NCBI GenBank assembly: GCA_965215335.1
Contig: CBDCDA010000002.1
Location: 960,001 to 1,024,000, forward strand
Source of the DNA: an uncultured Candidatus Entotheonella sp.
GTDB taxonomy: Bacteria; Tectomicrobia; Entotheonellia; Entotheonellales; Entotheonellaceae
DNA length: 64,000 nucleotides
Direction: 5' to 3'
A program made the position numbers and the translations under genes. Under the pieces are notes generated by a model. The model was not told where the DNA came from and searched no databases. It saw only the letters and a list, made by a program, of their open reading frames with translations. The first letter of the stretch is position 1. The number at the start of each line of letters is the position of its first letter. Positions 18,517 to 29,250 of the stretch are shown piece by piece.

Positions 18517-18884
18517 TTGAGGGTGCCGTAAGCGGGAATTCCGAGGCGATCGTCCGACTGACCCTCCACGTCGCTACTGGCGCGATGCAGGAAATCGACG
18601 CCATCATCGACACTGGCTTCACCGGTGATCTGACACTCCCACCGGCGTTGATCCGGCGGCTGAATTTGCCCTGGAAAGGCCGCAGTCGAGCCCTGCTCGC
18701 CGATGGCGGCCTGCACACGTTCGACGAGTACGTTGGAACTGTGTCGTGGAATGGTCAATCCCGTATGGTGGAGGTGAGTTCGGCCGATACGAATCCCCTC
18801 GTTGGAATGGGATTGCTCAGGGGTCACCGCCTCAGCATGGATGTGATCGAGAATGGCGCCGTGATGATTGAAGCGTTGATATGA
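18513..18884 (+). CDS. Clan AA (retropepsin-like) aspartic protease
   Basis: IIDTGFTG catalytic motif; PLVGMGLL. Confidence 0.85.
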   Translation: MIEGAVSGNSEAIVRLTLHVATGAMQEIDAIIDTGFTGDLTLPPALIRRLNLPWKGRSRALLADGGLHTFDEYVGTVSWNGQSRMVEVSSADTNPLVGMGLLRGHRLSMDVIENGAVMIEALI

Positions 18885-19040
18885 TTTACCAGCCGCGGGC
18901 GAGACGTGAGCGGACTAGAGGAGTTTGCTGCCAGGACGTCATCGAGCGCTCAGCACCATGTCCAGGTGTTCCCGGCCGGGCGTGGCGGCCCGCCCTGACT
19001 TGGATCAACGTCACTCGCAATACCGCTCCCTGAACGAGAG

Positions 19041-19068
19041 GGAACCAGCCAGCTTGCCGGCTGGTTCC
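19041..19068. terminator. 10-bp stem-loop between convergent genes
   Basis: GGAACCAGCC-N8-GGCTGGTTCC; no U-tract. Confidence 0.45.
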
Positions 19069-19113
19069 GTTCGCGGGCGGCATCATGGACGCCGAAGGCC
19101 GCCTTGTCCCACA

Positions 19114-20250
19114 TCACTCGTCTTCGGACGGACACTCGACCCCGGACAGCTGGCATAGACCGCCGGCTCTCCATTCCGCCGTGCGGCCAGCCGTACGACC
19201 GCGGCCGCCACTGACGCTGGAATCGGCGCCGCTGGCTTTGTTGCTCCAACCGCCGCTGACACTGGAGACGAGACCGCTGGCTTCGTTGGTATCACCACCA
19301 CTGACACTGGCCTTATCGCCGCTGGCTTCGTTGTTGTCACCGCCGCTGACGCTGGAATTGATGCCGCTGGCTGTATTGTTGGCACCACCGCTGACACTGG
19401 AACCCGTATTGCTGGCTTCGTTGTTCCAACCGCCGCTGACGCTGGAACCCGCATCACTGGCCGTGTTGCTTTCGCCGCCGCTGACGCTGGAAAGCAAACC
19501 GCTGGCTGTATTGGTGGAACCACCGCTGACGCTGGCCCGCTTGCCGCTGGCTTCGTTTTTATAACCGCCGCTGACGCTGGAATTGATGCCGCTGGCTGTA
19601 TTCTTGGCACCACCGCTGATACTGGAACCCGTATTGCTGGCTTCGTTGTTCCAACCGCCGCTGACGCTGGCATACGCGCCGCTGGCGATGCTGTGGCTGC
19701 CGCCACTGATGCTGGCAGAATAGCCACTGGCTTCGTTGTTATGACCGCCGCTGACGCTGGCATGTACGCCGCTGGCTTCGTTTGTATGACCGCCACTGAC
19801 ACTGGCATTCGCGCCGCTGATGGTGTTGCGAACCCCCGCCACCAACCCCCCGTAACTCGAATACGCATGCTCCGGGCCGATCACCACGTTATGCGACCCA
19901 CTCCGGTCGTTAGTGCCAAAATCAAAATCGCCAGGGTTGACAAACGGGGAATCATCATCCTCATTGTAGCCAACGATGAGATTGCCGACGCCGTTGCTCC
20001 TGTCAGTCCTGCCGAGGCTGTTGCGCACGTGCACGTTGCAGCCCTCGAAGACGACGTCGTAGGCCGGCAACGAGTCCGCTCGTCCCGTAACGGATATGGC
20101 CTTGATGCAGGACAGCAGTTTTCTGAGGTCCGAGATCTCCGCCGACGTCAAAGAGTCGGTCTGAGCCTGTACGGGAGGGCGGAAGGAGGAACTCAGCATC
20201 ACCGCACACCCCAATCCTGCCAACAAGAGACCCTTCACGAGTCGTGTCAT
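19114..20250 (-). CDS. Secreted protein with 14 tandem 15-aa N(E/T)ASGxxSSVSGGxx repeats (probable beta-solenoid)
   Basis: Signal-peptide-like N-terminus; 45-bp periodicity at about 19200-19830. Confidence 0.85.
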   Translation of the reverse strand: MTRLVKGLLLAGLGCAVMLSSSFRPPVQAQTDSLTSAEISDLRKLLSCIKAISVTGRADSLPAYDVVFEGCNVHVRNSLGRTDRSNGVGNLIVGYNEDDDSPFVNPGDFDFGTNDRSGSHNVVIGPEHAYSSYGGLVAGVRNTISGANASVSGGHTNEASGVHASVSGGHNNEASGYSASISGGSHSIASGAYASVSGGWNNEASNTGSSISGGAKNTASGINSSVSGGYKNEASGKRASVSGGSTNTASGLLSSVSGGESNTASDAGSSVSGGWNNEASNTGSSVSGGANNTASGINSSVSGGDNNEASGDKASVSGGDTNEASGLVSSVSGGWSNKASGADSSVSGGRGRTAGRTAEWRAGGLCQLSGVECPSEDE

Positions 20251-20399
20251 AGTCTTTCTCCTTCACCTGAAGTTGATGTGTCCTTTCCGCCTGTGGAAAG
20301 GAGGGGTGAGCGTAGCTAGGAGGACCTTGCCGAGGTCAAGGTGCATGTGTCCAACCAGGCCCTTTCATGCCAGGCGTCGGATCATGCCAGGGAGGCAAA

Positions 20400-20819
20400 G
20401 GTCGGACGGTTGCAGAGGCGGGGTCGTCGTCTGATGATTTGTCCGGACCGGCGGCCCCCGATCCATGACAGAAACGGCAGGATCACGTGCAAGGAAGCGA
20501 GGCGCCACGGCATCGGTGCGATGCCGGCGCCATCCGGCCTGTCCGTACATGCGCGATGCCGACAATGACGGCGTGGTCTGTGAGTAACCGTCAGTTCTGT
20601 CCAACCTGATCCGTTCTGCTTCCCCACCGGCCTGCCGGAGGTCAAAGGAGGAGGCGAAAGCCCGCCTGCAGGTCGAGTAGCAAGGCCTTCGTTCTTCCAC
20701 AAAATCCAACCATCAGAACACGCCTTGCCGCCAATCCCGCACGAACTGAATGCAGGCCACCAGGTTGATATGTTACGATAGTGGCCTCTTCGGTCTCTTT
20801 TGTCTCGCACTGACCACTA
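20400..20819 (-). mobile_element. Degenerate IS630 remnant related to the element at 51739-52927
   Basis: 20770-20820 matches 52879-52930; 20412-20436 region and following bases weakly resemble the transposase 3' end (PDKII). Confidence 0.6.
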
Positions 20820-22037
20820 GTAGCTCTCCAATGAGATTTTCCAGCATAATAGCAAACCCTCCGCGAGTCACATTCACACTGGGAGGGGATGAGGTGAAGA
20901 AACTCTTCGTGGTCCGCTTGAGTGCGGTGGAACGGATCGAACTGGAGAAACTGATAAAGACGGGCCGAGTGGCCGCCTACCGTCGCCGCCATGCACACAT
21001 CCTGCTACTGGCTGACCAAGGAGAACACGGGCCGGGCAAGCTCGACAGAGAGGTGGCAGAGCAGGTCGAGGTGAACCGGACCACGGTGGAACAGGTGCGC
21101 AAGCGCTGTGTGCTGGAAGGTCTAGAGGCCGCCTTGGGGCGGCGCCAGCGTAGCCGCGAGCGCGCAACCGTGCTTGATGGCGTGGGCGAGGCGCAGTTGA
21201 TCGCCCTCGCCTGCGGCGAACCACCGGACGGACGCGCTCGGTGGACCTTGCATCTGTTGGCCGATGAGTTGAAACGGCGTCAGATCGTGCAGACGATATC
21301 GCACGAAACGGTACGCCAAGTGCTAAAAAAAACGAACTCAAGCCGTGGCGTCAGGACATGTGGTGCATAGCGCCTCAGCAGGACGCGGCATTCGTGTGTG
21401 CGATGGAGCACGTCCTTGACGTGTACACGCGTCCGTATGACCCGGCCGACCCGGTAATCTGCATGGATGAGACCACCAAGCAGTGTGTTCGGGAGGTACG
21501 GGCGCCGCTGCCGATGAGCCCGCGTCACACGGCCCGCTTTGATGCCGAATATGAGCGCAACGGGGTGGGTCATCTGTTGATGTACTATGCGCCCTTTGAC
21601 GATTGGCGGCGGGTCGACGTGGCTGCTGACCACAAGGCACTGACTTGGGCCGAAGGGGTTCGCCGGTTGGTCGAAGAAGACTATCCGCAGGCGCAGCACA
21701 TCACGCTGGTGATGGACAATCTGAGCACCCACAGCGGTGCTTCGCTGTACAAGGCGTTTGCGCCCGAGCAGGCGCGCGCATTGTTGGACAAGCTGTCGTT
21801 TGTGTACACGCCGAAACATGGCAGTTGGCTGAACATGGCTGAGTTGGAGTTCAGCGTGTTGGCCCGTCAGTGTTTGACCCGCCGGGTGGCTGACATCGAC
21901 ACGCTGCACAATCAAGTAAGCGCCTGGACCGAACGCCGCAATCAAACGAGCCAGCCGGTTCAGTGGCGCTTTACCACCGCTGATGCACGGATCAAGTTGC
22001 GTAGCTTATATCCGGTCATTAGAGATTGACGATCTAC
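20820..22037 (+). mobile_element. IS630-family element; orfA (GTG 20894) and orfB joined by a frameshift at the A9 run near 21324-21332
   Basis: TA duplication; imperfect inverted repeats GTAGCTCTCCAAT / ATTGACGATCTAC; motifs CMDET, VMDNLSTH and SWLNMAE. Confidence 0.92.
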
Positions 22038-22039
22038 TA

Positions 22040-22505
22040 GGCACTGTCCCCCCTCCCCTCCCCACACCGCTTGCCGTATTGTCCGAAGTCAGCAGGTCAT
22101 CAACCACTTGGCTGTCGTGAACCGAGGCGTCCGTCACACGATAACGCCGTACCAGCTTGTGCTGACGGTCGATGTTGACGTGGTTCTTGTAGCCGTAGTG
22201 ACTCTTGCCGTGCTTTTTCGTCCACCGCGCATTCGTGTCTTTCTGACGACGCCGGGCCGGCTTGTCCGCCCAGTCCTTGGGTATCTCGCCTTGCTTGATC
22301 TGGGCATTGTCAGCACGACAGTTGCGTTGGATGGGAACCGCGACAATCGACGCATCAATGATCTGGCCGCCCATCGCCTGGTAGCCCTGGCTTGTCAGGC
22401 AACCGTCGAAGTCCTCGAACAAGGCCTCGATGAGGCCAGCCTGTGACAACTGCTCGCGGTAGAGCCACACCGTCTTGGCATCGGGCACCTTGTCTTCAAG
22501 CCGCC
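22040..22505 (-). pseudogene. Internal fragment of a second type of IS5 transposase
   Basis: Motifs VPDAKTVWLYRE, IIDASIV, HYGYKNHVNID and ASVHDSQ. Confidence 0.85.
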
Positions 22506-22713
22506 AGTTCCTTTTTGAATTGGGCTTTTCATCGGACGTATTGGGCGAGAACGTGTCTGCGCCTTGACCAAGGGCGACGTGGAGATACCGTCGGATTACG
22601 CGGGAGTTGTGTACATTCCATTTGATGATCCTGGTGGTTGGAGGGAGAAACTTATCCAGGAGTTGGGGAGTGCCGGAATCTCTGCCAATGGGAGGCGGGC
22701 GTCGCCATCCTGA
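22505..22713 (+). pseudogene. C-terminal fragment of a nucleotide-binding TIR-like protein (CBASS/Pycsar-effector type)
   Basis: Manual translation: FELGF(fs)IGRIGRERVCALTKGDVEIPSDYAGVVYIPFDDPGGWREKLIQEL. Confidence 0.75.
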
Positions 22714-22818
22714 ACGTGCGCATCGACATGTCGCTTGAAAGGGCAGCCGACTTCCGATGGTGCTGACAGATTGTCCATCTGTGCTCATCTTGTTGCATTG
22801 ACCTATAAACGCAGCGCC

Positions 22819-25800
22819 TCAAGTGGTCCTTGTCTGCTCGTAGGCCAGCGCAAACACGGTGTCGGTCAGCCAGCGCTTGAAACCCGCGTTGTCCATGAAC
22901 TGCTTGAACAATTCGGTGTCGTCCTTCATTACCGACGTCATGACGCGCAGAAGCGCCTTGTCGTGCTCGATGCGGGCGTTCTCCCGGTCCGAGTTGCGCC
23001 GGGCGTTGCGGAAGGCGCTGTCCTCGGCAACCTGCGACGGGATGGTGTCGGTGATGAGCTGGTGCACGCGGTCGGCGTCGTCCCACGAGATGTCCCCGAA
23101 GTGCTCGTTGAACTGGCGGATGATGTTCGACAGCCGCTCCAGCTCGGGCTCCGGCCGGTGACCGCCGCCGCTGCCCGGCACGGGCGCGACCTCGGCGTCC
23201 TCATCCGGCATCATGATCTTCTGCATCGCCTGTTTCTCGACCCGGTAGCTGTCCATGTCGATGGCCTCCAGGATGCCCCTCGACAGGTCCGCCTCCTGCG
23301 GCGCCGGCAGCTTGGGGATCAGGAAATTCAGGAAGATCGATCGCTTCTCCCAGGCCGCGTTGGTGTACGGCAGCACCGACGACAGGAAGGCGTAGGTGCG
23401 CACGAACGCCTTGGCGTTGCCCTTGAACGTCACCTGTCCGTCTTCGTCGAGATCGTTCCGGTAGACCGCTACGCAGGCGTCGAGGATGGGGTCGAGTTCG
23501 TCGCGTTCCGCCCCGCCCAGGTAACGTTCCACCAGATCGTCGACCTGCTCCGGGGCATACACCTGGGCGCCGTCCAGGTCCGCCTGCAGGTCGTGCAGCT
23601 TGTCGGGGTCGGCCTCGTCGGCCAGGAGCGTCGTGCGGTAGAAGTCGGCGAAGGCGTCGCGGATGGTGTCGGCGTCGTTCAGAAAGTCCAGCACGAAGAC
23701 GTCGTGCTTCTTGGGATGCGCCCGGTTGAGGCGGGACAGCGTCTGCACCGCCTTGATGCCCGACAGCGTCTTGTCCACGTACATGGTGTGCAGCAGCGGT
23801 TCGTCGTAACCGGTCTGGAACTTGTCGGCGCAGATGAGGAAGCGGTACGGGTCCTGCCGGATCATCTCGGCGATCTTGTTGGACGGAAAGCCGTTCAGCG
23901 ACGCCTCGCTGACCTTGACGCCGCCGAACTCGAACTCGCCGGAGAACGCCACGATGGCCTGGTAGCGGCTCTTGCGCGCCTGCAGGTAATCGCGCACGGC
24001 GTGAACGTACTGGATGGCGCGTTCGACGCCGTTGGTGACCACCATCGCCCGCGCCTGGCCGCCGATCTTGCCCTGCGTGAGCACCTGGTCGTGGAAGTGG
24101 TCCACCATGATCTCGGCCTTCAGGCGGATGGCGTGGTCGTGGCCCTCGACGAAACGCCGCAGTTTCCGATGCGCCTTCTTGGCGTCGAACGCCGGGTCGT
24201 CCGCCACGGTCTTGGCGAGCCTGTAGTAGCTCTGCACCGGCGTGTAGTGCTGCAGCACGTCCAGGATGAAGCCCTCCTGGATCGCCTGCTTCATGGTGTA
24301 GCTGTGGAAGGGATGGTGCCTGACGGCGCCATCGGGCTGCGGGTCGGGGTCGCCGAAGATTTCCAGCGTCTTGTTCTTGGGGGTGGCGGTGAAGGCGAAG
24401 TAGCTGGCGTTGGGGAGCAACCTGTGTGACGCCATGAGGCGGTTGATCTGGTCCTCGAACATCTCCGCCTCGTCCGCCTGGCCGGCCTCGGCGAGCGCCT
24501 GTGTCATGGCCCCGCTGGTGCGCCCGCCCTGGCTGGAGTGGGCCTCGTCGATAAGGATGGCGAAGCGCCGGCCGCGCTGCTCGTTGCCGATCTCGTCGAG
24601 GATGAACGGGAACTTCTGCACCGTCGAGATGATGATCTTCCTGCCGCTCTCGATGAAGCGGCGCAGGTCGCCGGAGCGTTCGGCGTGGCCCAGCGTGGCG
24701 CTGACCTGGGCGAACTGCCGGATGGTGTCGTGAATCTGCTTGTCGAGGATGCGCCGGTCGGTGACCACGATGGTCGAGTCGAAGACCGGCGTGTCGCCCT
24801 TCTTCAGGTCGATCAGCCGGCGCGCCAGCCAGGCGATGGAGTTGCTCTTGCCGCTGCCCGCCGAGTGCTGGATCAGGTAGCGTCGGCCTGCCCCGTGCGT
24901 CCCCGCGTCGGCCAGCAGGCGACGCACCACGTCGAGCTGGTGGTAGCGCGGCCAGACCTGATCCCTTTTCTTTCGACCTGTCTTCTCGTCCCTGGTCTCC
25001 ACCACCTGGGCGTAGTTCTCCAGGATGTCGGTCAGGCTGTCGCGGGACAGCACGGTGCGCCACAGGTAGTCGGTCTTGATGCCGTCCGGGTTCGGCGGGT
25101 TGCCCGCCCCGTCGTTCCAGCCGCGGTTGAAGGGCAGGAACCACGAGGCCTTGCCCTGCAGGCGGGTGCAGAAGCGCACCTCGCTGTCGTCCACCGCGAA
25201 GTGGGCCACGCAGCGCCCGAACTCGAACAGCTTCTCGCGCCAGTTGCGGTCCTTGCGGTACTGCTGGACCGCGTCGTCCACCGTCTGCTTGGTCAGGTTG
25301 TTCTTGAGCTCGAAGGTGAACACCGGCAGGCCGTTGATGAACAGCCCGATGTCCAGTGCCCGCTGGGTATCGTCGCGGCTGTAGCGCAGTTGCCGGCTGA
25401 CGGTGAAACGGTTGTGCTCGAAGCGTTCCTTCGCCGGCTCGTTGCCGGGGGACGGCGTGCCGTAGAACAGGTGCAGGTGATGCGGTCCGTGCCGCACGCC
25501 GTAGCGCAGCACGTCGATAGTGCCACGCTTGGACACCTCGCCCTGCAGCCGCGCCAGGAAGCGCCGCCGGGTCGGGCCGTCCTCATGCAGCGCCAGCGTT
25601 GCCGCGGCTTGCGGCTGGGTGGCCCGCAGGAAGGCGCGGAGTTGCACGACATCAACGCCATGCTCGCGGTCGTAGTCGTGCGGGTTGCCGCCGCTCCAGC
25701 CCACGCCGCCGTATCCGGCGGGCGGTTCGGCCACGGTGCCCGATGCGGGTGGCTCGTACGGATGACCGGCCAGCGCCGTGCAGATGAGGCGTTCGATGCC

Positions 25801-25824
25801 GCGCTCGGAGGTGTCGGTGGGCAT
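22819..25824 (-). CDS. hsdR: Type I restriction subunit R
   Basis: Motifs FELKN, QHSAGSGKS, IDEAHSS, FTATPK and QTLSRLNR. Confidence 0.95.
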   Translation of the reverse strand: MPTDTSERGIERLICTALAGHPYEPPASGTVAEPPAGYGGVGWSGGNPHDYDREHGVDVVQLRAFLRATQPQAAATLALHEDGPTRRRFLARLQGEVSKRGTIDVLRYGVRHGPHHLHLFYGTPSPGNEPAKERFEHNRFTVSRQLRYSRDDTQRALDIGLFINGLPVFTFELKNNLTKQTVDDAVQQYRKDRNWREKLFEFGRCVAHFAVDDSEVRFCTRLQGKASWFLPFNRGWNDGAGNPPNPDGIKTDYLWRTVLSRDSLTDILENYAQVVETRDEKTGRKKRDQVWPRYHQLDVVRRLLADAGTHGAGRRYLIQHSAGSGKSNSIAWLARRLIDLKKGDTPVFDSTIVVTDRRILDKQIHDTIRQFAQVSATLGHAERSGDLRRFIESGRKIIISTVQKFPFILDEIGNEQRGRRFAILIDEAHSSQGGRTSGAMTQALAEAGQADEAEMFEDQINRLMASHRLLPNASYFAFTATPKNKTLEIFGDPDPQPDGAVRHHPFHSYTMKQAIQEGFILDVLQHYTPVQSYYRLAKTVADDPAFDAKKAHRKLRRFVEGHDHAIRLKAEIMVDHFHDQVLTQGKIGGQARAMVVTNGVERAIQYVHAVRDYLQARKSRYQAIVAFSGEFEFGGVKVSEASLNGFPSNKIAEMIRQDPYRFLICADKFQTGYDEPLLHTMYVDKTLSGIKAVQTLSRLNRAHPKKHDVFVLDFLNDADTIRDAFADFYRTTLLADEADPDKLHDLQADLDGAQVYAPEQVDDLVERYLGGAERDELDPILDACVAVYRNDLDEDGQVTFKGNAKAFVRTYAFLSSVLPYTNAAWEKRSIFLNFLIPKLPAPQEADLSRGILEAIDMDSYRVEKQAMQKIMMPDEDAEVAPVPGSGGGHRPEPELERLSNIIRQFNEHFGDISWDDADRVHQLITDTIPSQVAEDSAFRNARRNSDRENARIEHDKALLRVMTSVMKDDTELFKQFMDNAGFKRWLTDTVFALAYEQTRTT

Positions 25825-26016
25825 TACGCATTCCATCAAATACCCGTCAAATAAATGGGGCGATTGCAACTATTTGAATATCAAGATGTTACATCACATC
25901 AAGCAGGCTTGGCCTATCTGATTGGCGGAATCCTGTCAAATAACAATCTCAAACCATGGAAGCGGCGGGCGCTGTCTCACTTCCGGACTTCCCCCCTCCG
26001 TCCGAGGGATCGGTGG

Positions 26017-27084
26017 TCATGACTCGGCATCCAGAACGCCGCGGTCGATCCAGTCCTTCTCCATCAGGACCTTGGCAGCGAGCTCGATCTGCCGGGCCGA
26101 AAACATCTTCTTGCGCTCATGCCAATTATGGACGTGCGATATGACATCGGTGAGGTTTTTGGGGGATTCACGTGTGATCACCCAATGCACCGTCGAGAGT
26201 AACTCCAGGCCGAAAGACGATTCGAACCCCTCGACGAGGTCGGCTACCCGGTCGAACTGCGCACGCGTGTCGGGATGCTCTTTCAGGAATTCTTCGGCAG
26301 TAGTCACCGCTCCCGGCACCAGCTCGAGTTGCTTGTACGGTTCGTCGCCGCCGTCGCCATAGCCCGTGACGTAGTGGCCCTCGATCTCGCGTAGCACGTG
26401 GGTCAGATTTGTGGCGTAAGGACCGTACAGCCCCTTGACCACTTGAAGTCGTTGCATGGCCGGTTCGCCGCTGACCTTCATGAAATACATGAGCTTATGG
26501 ACTTCGAGCAATGTCACCAACGGGTCCAGGAGACCGCTCAGATAGCGATCCATCAAGCCCACGAGTACCGCGCGCCCCGGTGTCATGTCCGGCGCTGATT
26601 GCCGCCTGGCCATCCGAGTGGCCGCCGGCGCGCCACCGGGCTGGAAGATCACGACACACAGATCGTTGAAGTCTCCCAGCGCTTCCTCGATCCGCAGCCG
26701 TACCTCGTTCCAGTCCAGTCCGCCGAGCCCGGTGCCGAGCGGCGGAATGGCGAGGGAGCGGATCTTCCTTTCGCGGATCACGTCCTGCAGGGCCGTCAGC
26801 CCTGCCTCGATGTCCTCCATCCGGCTCTTGCCGCGCCAGTGGCGTTTGGTGGGGAAGTTGATGATGTAGCGCGGATTGGTCAATCGGCCGGTGTCGAATA
26901 CGAACATGCGGCCCGGCTGCACCTCTTGGCGCTTGCAGGCTTCGGCGTAGGCCTTGAAGTTGTCGGGAAAGGCATGCTTGAATTGCAGCGCAATGCCGCG
27001 TCCCATGACGCCTCTGCAGTTCACCGTGTTCACCAGGGCGTCGGTTTCCTCGGCGAGAATATCCCCCGTCTTGTATTGCAACAT
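26017..27084 (-). CDS. darG: Macrodomain ADP-ribosylglycohydrolase antitoxin
   Basis: Motifs NTVNCRGVMGRGIALQFK, NFPTKRHW, PPLGTGLGGL and LELLSTVHW. Confidence 0.93.
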   Translation of the reverse strand: MLQYKTGDILAEETDALVNTVNCRGVMGRGIALQFKHAFPDNFKAYAEACKRQEVQPGRMFVFDTGRLTNPRYIINFPTKRHWRGKSRMEDIEAGLTALQDVIRERKIRSLAIPPLGTGLGGLDWNEVRLRIEEALGDFNDLCVVIFQPGGAPAATRMARRQSAPDMTPGRAVLVGLMDRYLSGLLDPLVTLLEVHKLMYFMKVSGEPAMQRLQVVKGLYGPYATNLTHVLREIEGHYVTGYGDGGDEPYKQLELVPGAVTTAEEFLKEHPDTRAQFDRVADLVEGFESSFGLELLSTVHWVITRESPKNLTDVISHVHNWHERKKMFSARQIELAAKVLMEKDWIDRGVLDAES

Positions 27085-27096
27085 GGGTCCCCTCCC

Positions 27097-27768
27097 TCAG
27101 TAATACCAATCTGGCATCATTTCAACACGCGGTTGGTGGTCTGCCTTGCGTAACAATTCCCTCACCCGCTCACGAACCTGCGGTGATCTTGTGCCAATCC
27201 GGCTGGCAAGCTCCCACGGAAACGACTGCTCCACAAGAAACTCGGCCTGTTTGCCTTCCTTGACTGATGAAGGTATCCCCTCGCCAGCCCAGCGGTTGGC
27301 CTGCACGGCCTCCCAGTCGATCTCGTCCAGCCGGGCCAGGTCGGAACGGTCCTTATAGTAGTTCGACCCTGCATTCGACAACGTGAAGGCCCAACGGCGC
27401 CCATTTTGATTCGCCCAGGCGACGCTCTGATGAAGGTCGGCCTCAAGATGGATGATGGGCCTCTGACCGCCATGATAGGCCAATTTGGGGTGGTTTGCCT
27501 GCGAAATCATATACAGCATGACCGAGCGTGGACAAAAATGGAACGGCACGCACTGCCCAACGTACAGGCCCGGGTGACTGGCGAGGGTGAGGCTGGTCAG
27601 CCGCCGTTGCTTGATACTGTTCAACCCAATGGTGGTGCCCATGCCAGGGTTGGCCGCCTGGCGGCGTTCGATTTCTGCATCACACCAGAGGTTGCCGTCG
27701 GCAATGATCGAGGACAGCCGATCCACGTGCACAATGTGGTAAATCTTCGGTTCCGCAGGTGGCGGCAT
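27097..27768 (-). CDS. darT: DNA ADP-ribosyltransferase toxin (DUF4433)
   Basis: Motifs IYHIVH, VPFHFCPRSVMLY, SNAGS and KQAEFLV; directly upstream of darG. Confidence 0.92.
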   Translation of the reverse strand: MPPPAEPKIYHIVHVDRLSSIIADGNLWCDAEIERRQAANPGMGTTIGLNSIKQRRLTSLTLASHPGLYVGQCVPFHFCPRSVMLYMISQANHPKLAYHGGQRPIIHLEADLHQSVAWANQNGRRWAFTLSNAGSNYYKDRSDLARLDEIDWEAVQANRWAGEGIPSSVKEGKQAEFLVEQSFPWELASRIGTRSPQVRERVRELLRKADHQPRVEMMPDWYY

Positions 27769-27770
27769 GG

Positions 27771-29212
27771 TCAGCCCGCGGCCTCTGCCAACTCTTCCTC
27801 GCTGTCGAATTCCGACTCGTTACCAGAGGCGAATGTCTCATCCAGGCGGTCTTGGTAGCGAGGGGGCCGGCCTCGGGCAGTGCGGCCGCGGCCTCGCACA
27901 CGTCGAGCTTGCCGGTGACGACATCGGCGATAAGGCGGGCCGCGTATTCCTGCATCAGGTCGATTTGGCGACGGGCGCGGGCAATGGCGGTGTCGATGCC
28001 GGCAATCGTTTTGTCAAGGTAGGCGACGATGGCGGTTTGTTCGGGAAGGGGTGGGAGGGAGATCGGGTAGTTGGCTATAAAACTCGGTGGCACTCGTTGT
28101 TGTCCGGCGGCACCTGTCATAGCATCCGTTCCCCGCCTGCGAAACTCGGAAGCTGTGGTAAGGCGATATAGAAACTGGGGCAGAATAAAAGACTTGGCTC
28201 TCAGCACATGGAACTCGGTTGATCCGAAGCCAATTGCCGTCGGCAGCGAATGAAGGTGGGCGCCTTTGCCATTCTCGAAGCACGGGGTAATCTTGGCGAC
28301 AAGAACGTCGTCACGTCGAAAATACGTAAAGCCATTCCAAACCTTGGAGGCAGGCAAGGTTTCTTGTGGGTCGATGCGTCCGTCTGGCCAAACCCGCTCC
28401 ATGGGGAGAAATGTTACGGTTGTATCCGAAACGAGAGAATTGCTCGCCTCTGTCCGACTCGGGTTTAATGCAGCAGCGTGTTTCAACCGCCGCACCTCCC
28501 AATGCGCCGGCACGTCCCCCAGCCATTCCACGCCGGAGTACTTGTAGGCCGGGTAGGGCTGGCCGGTGCGGACGTCGATCTGGCCGGTGACGGCCTGGTG
28601 GATGATGGCTTGCTTCTGCTCCTCCAGCAGCGCGACCAGCTTCTGCTTGGCGCGGATGTAGCGCCGGATGCGCCGGTCGGTGTGGTCGAGGAAGCGGACG
28701 ATGGCGGTTTGTTCGGCGAGAGGCGGAACAGGCTGTTCCATGTTGCCGATAAACTGCCATTCTGCGCGAGGCATCTTGGCCCCGAAGGTCGAGGCATTTA
28801 TCGCGTCGATGATCGGCTTGGTGTGAAGGATTTGCTGAAGGTATCCCGGTGACATGTTCCCGTCTCGCAGCCGCAGCACCAGAAACTCCCCGACGCACAC
28901 GCCCGGTTTGTCCGGGCAGGCCACTTTCGCCAGGTAAGGCCGCAACTTGCCGAATAACACGTCGCCGGTCTGAAACCGTTTCAGTTGACTTTCGAAGGTC
29001 ATGCCCGGACCCGCATCAACGTATCGGCCTGACCAACTTTCGACATGCTCAAGGGCCAGAGCGATTTCATGCTCATGGCGTTGCGTCGTTTGGTCAACTA
29101 TGTTGGCTGCCAATGTCCTCAGCCGCCGCACCTCCCAATGCGCCGGCATGGCCCCCAGCCACTCGACGCCGGAAAGCTTGTAGGCGGGGTAGGGTTGCAA
29201 GTTGGATGTCAT
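27771..29212 (-). CDS. hsdS: Type I specificity subunit; frameshift near 27855 affects only the acidic tail
   Basis: Two TRDs, each led by YPAYKxSGVEWLG and closed by PPLxEQTAIV; alternative frame ends DSEEELAEAAG* at 27771. Confidence 0.9.
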
Positions 29213-29250
29213 GTTTGCACTCCGCAAATCAGCGCGGCTGCCCGGACGCT

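Noticed and set aside
19200..19830. 45-bp periodic repeats that could be mistaken for a CRISPR array
   Set aside because: They are in-frame coding repeats with no unique spacers, and no cas genes are present.
22735..25854. Long antisense ORFs over hsdR, and similar ones over mod, hsdM and the transposases
   Set aside because: Shadow ORFs caused by high-GC codon bias; the opposite strand carries clear family motifs.
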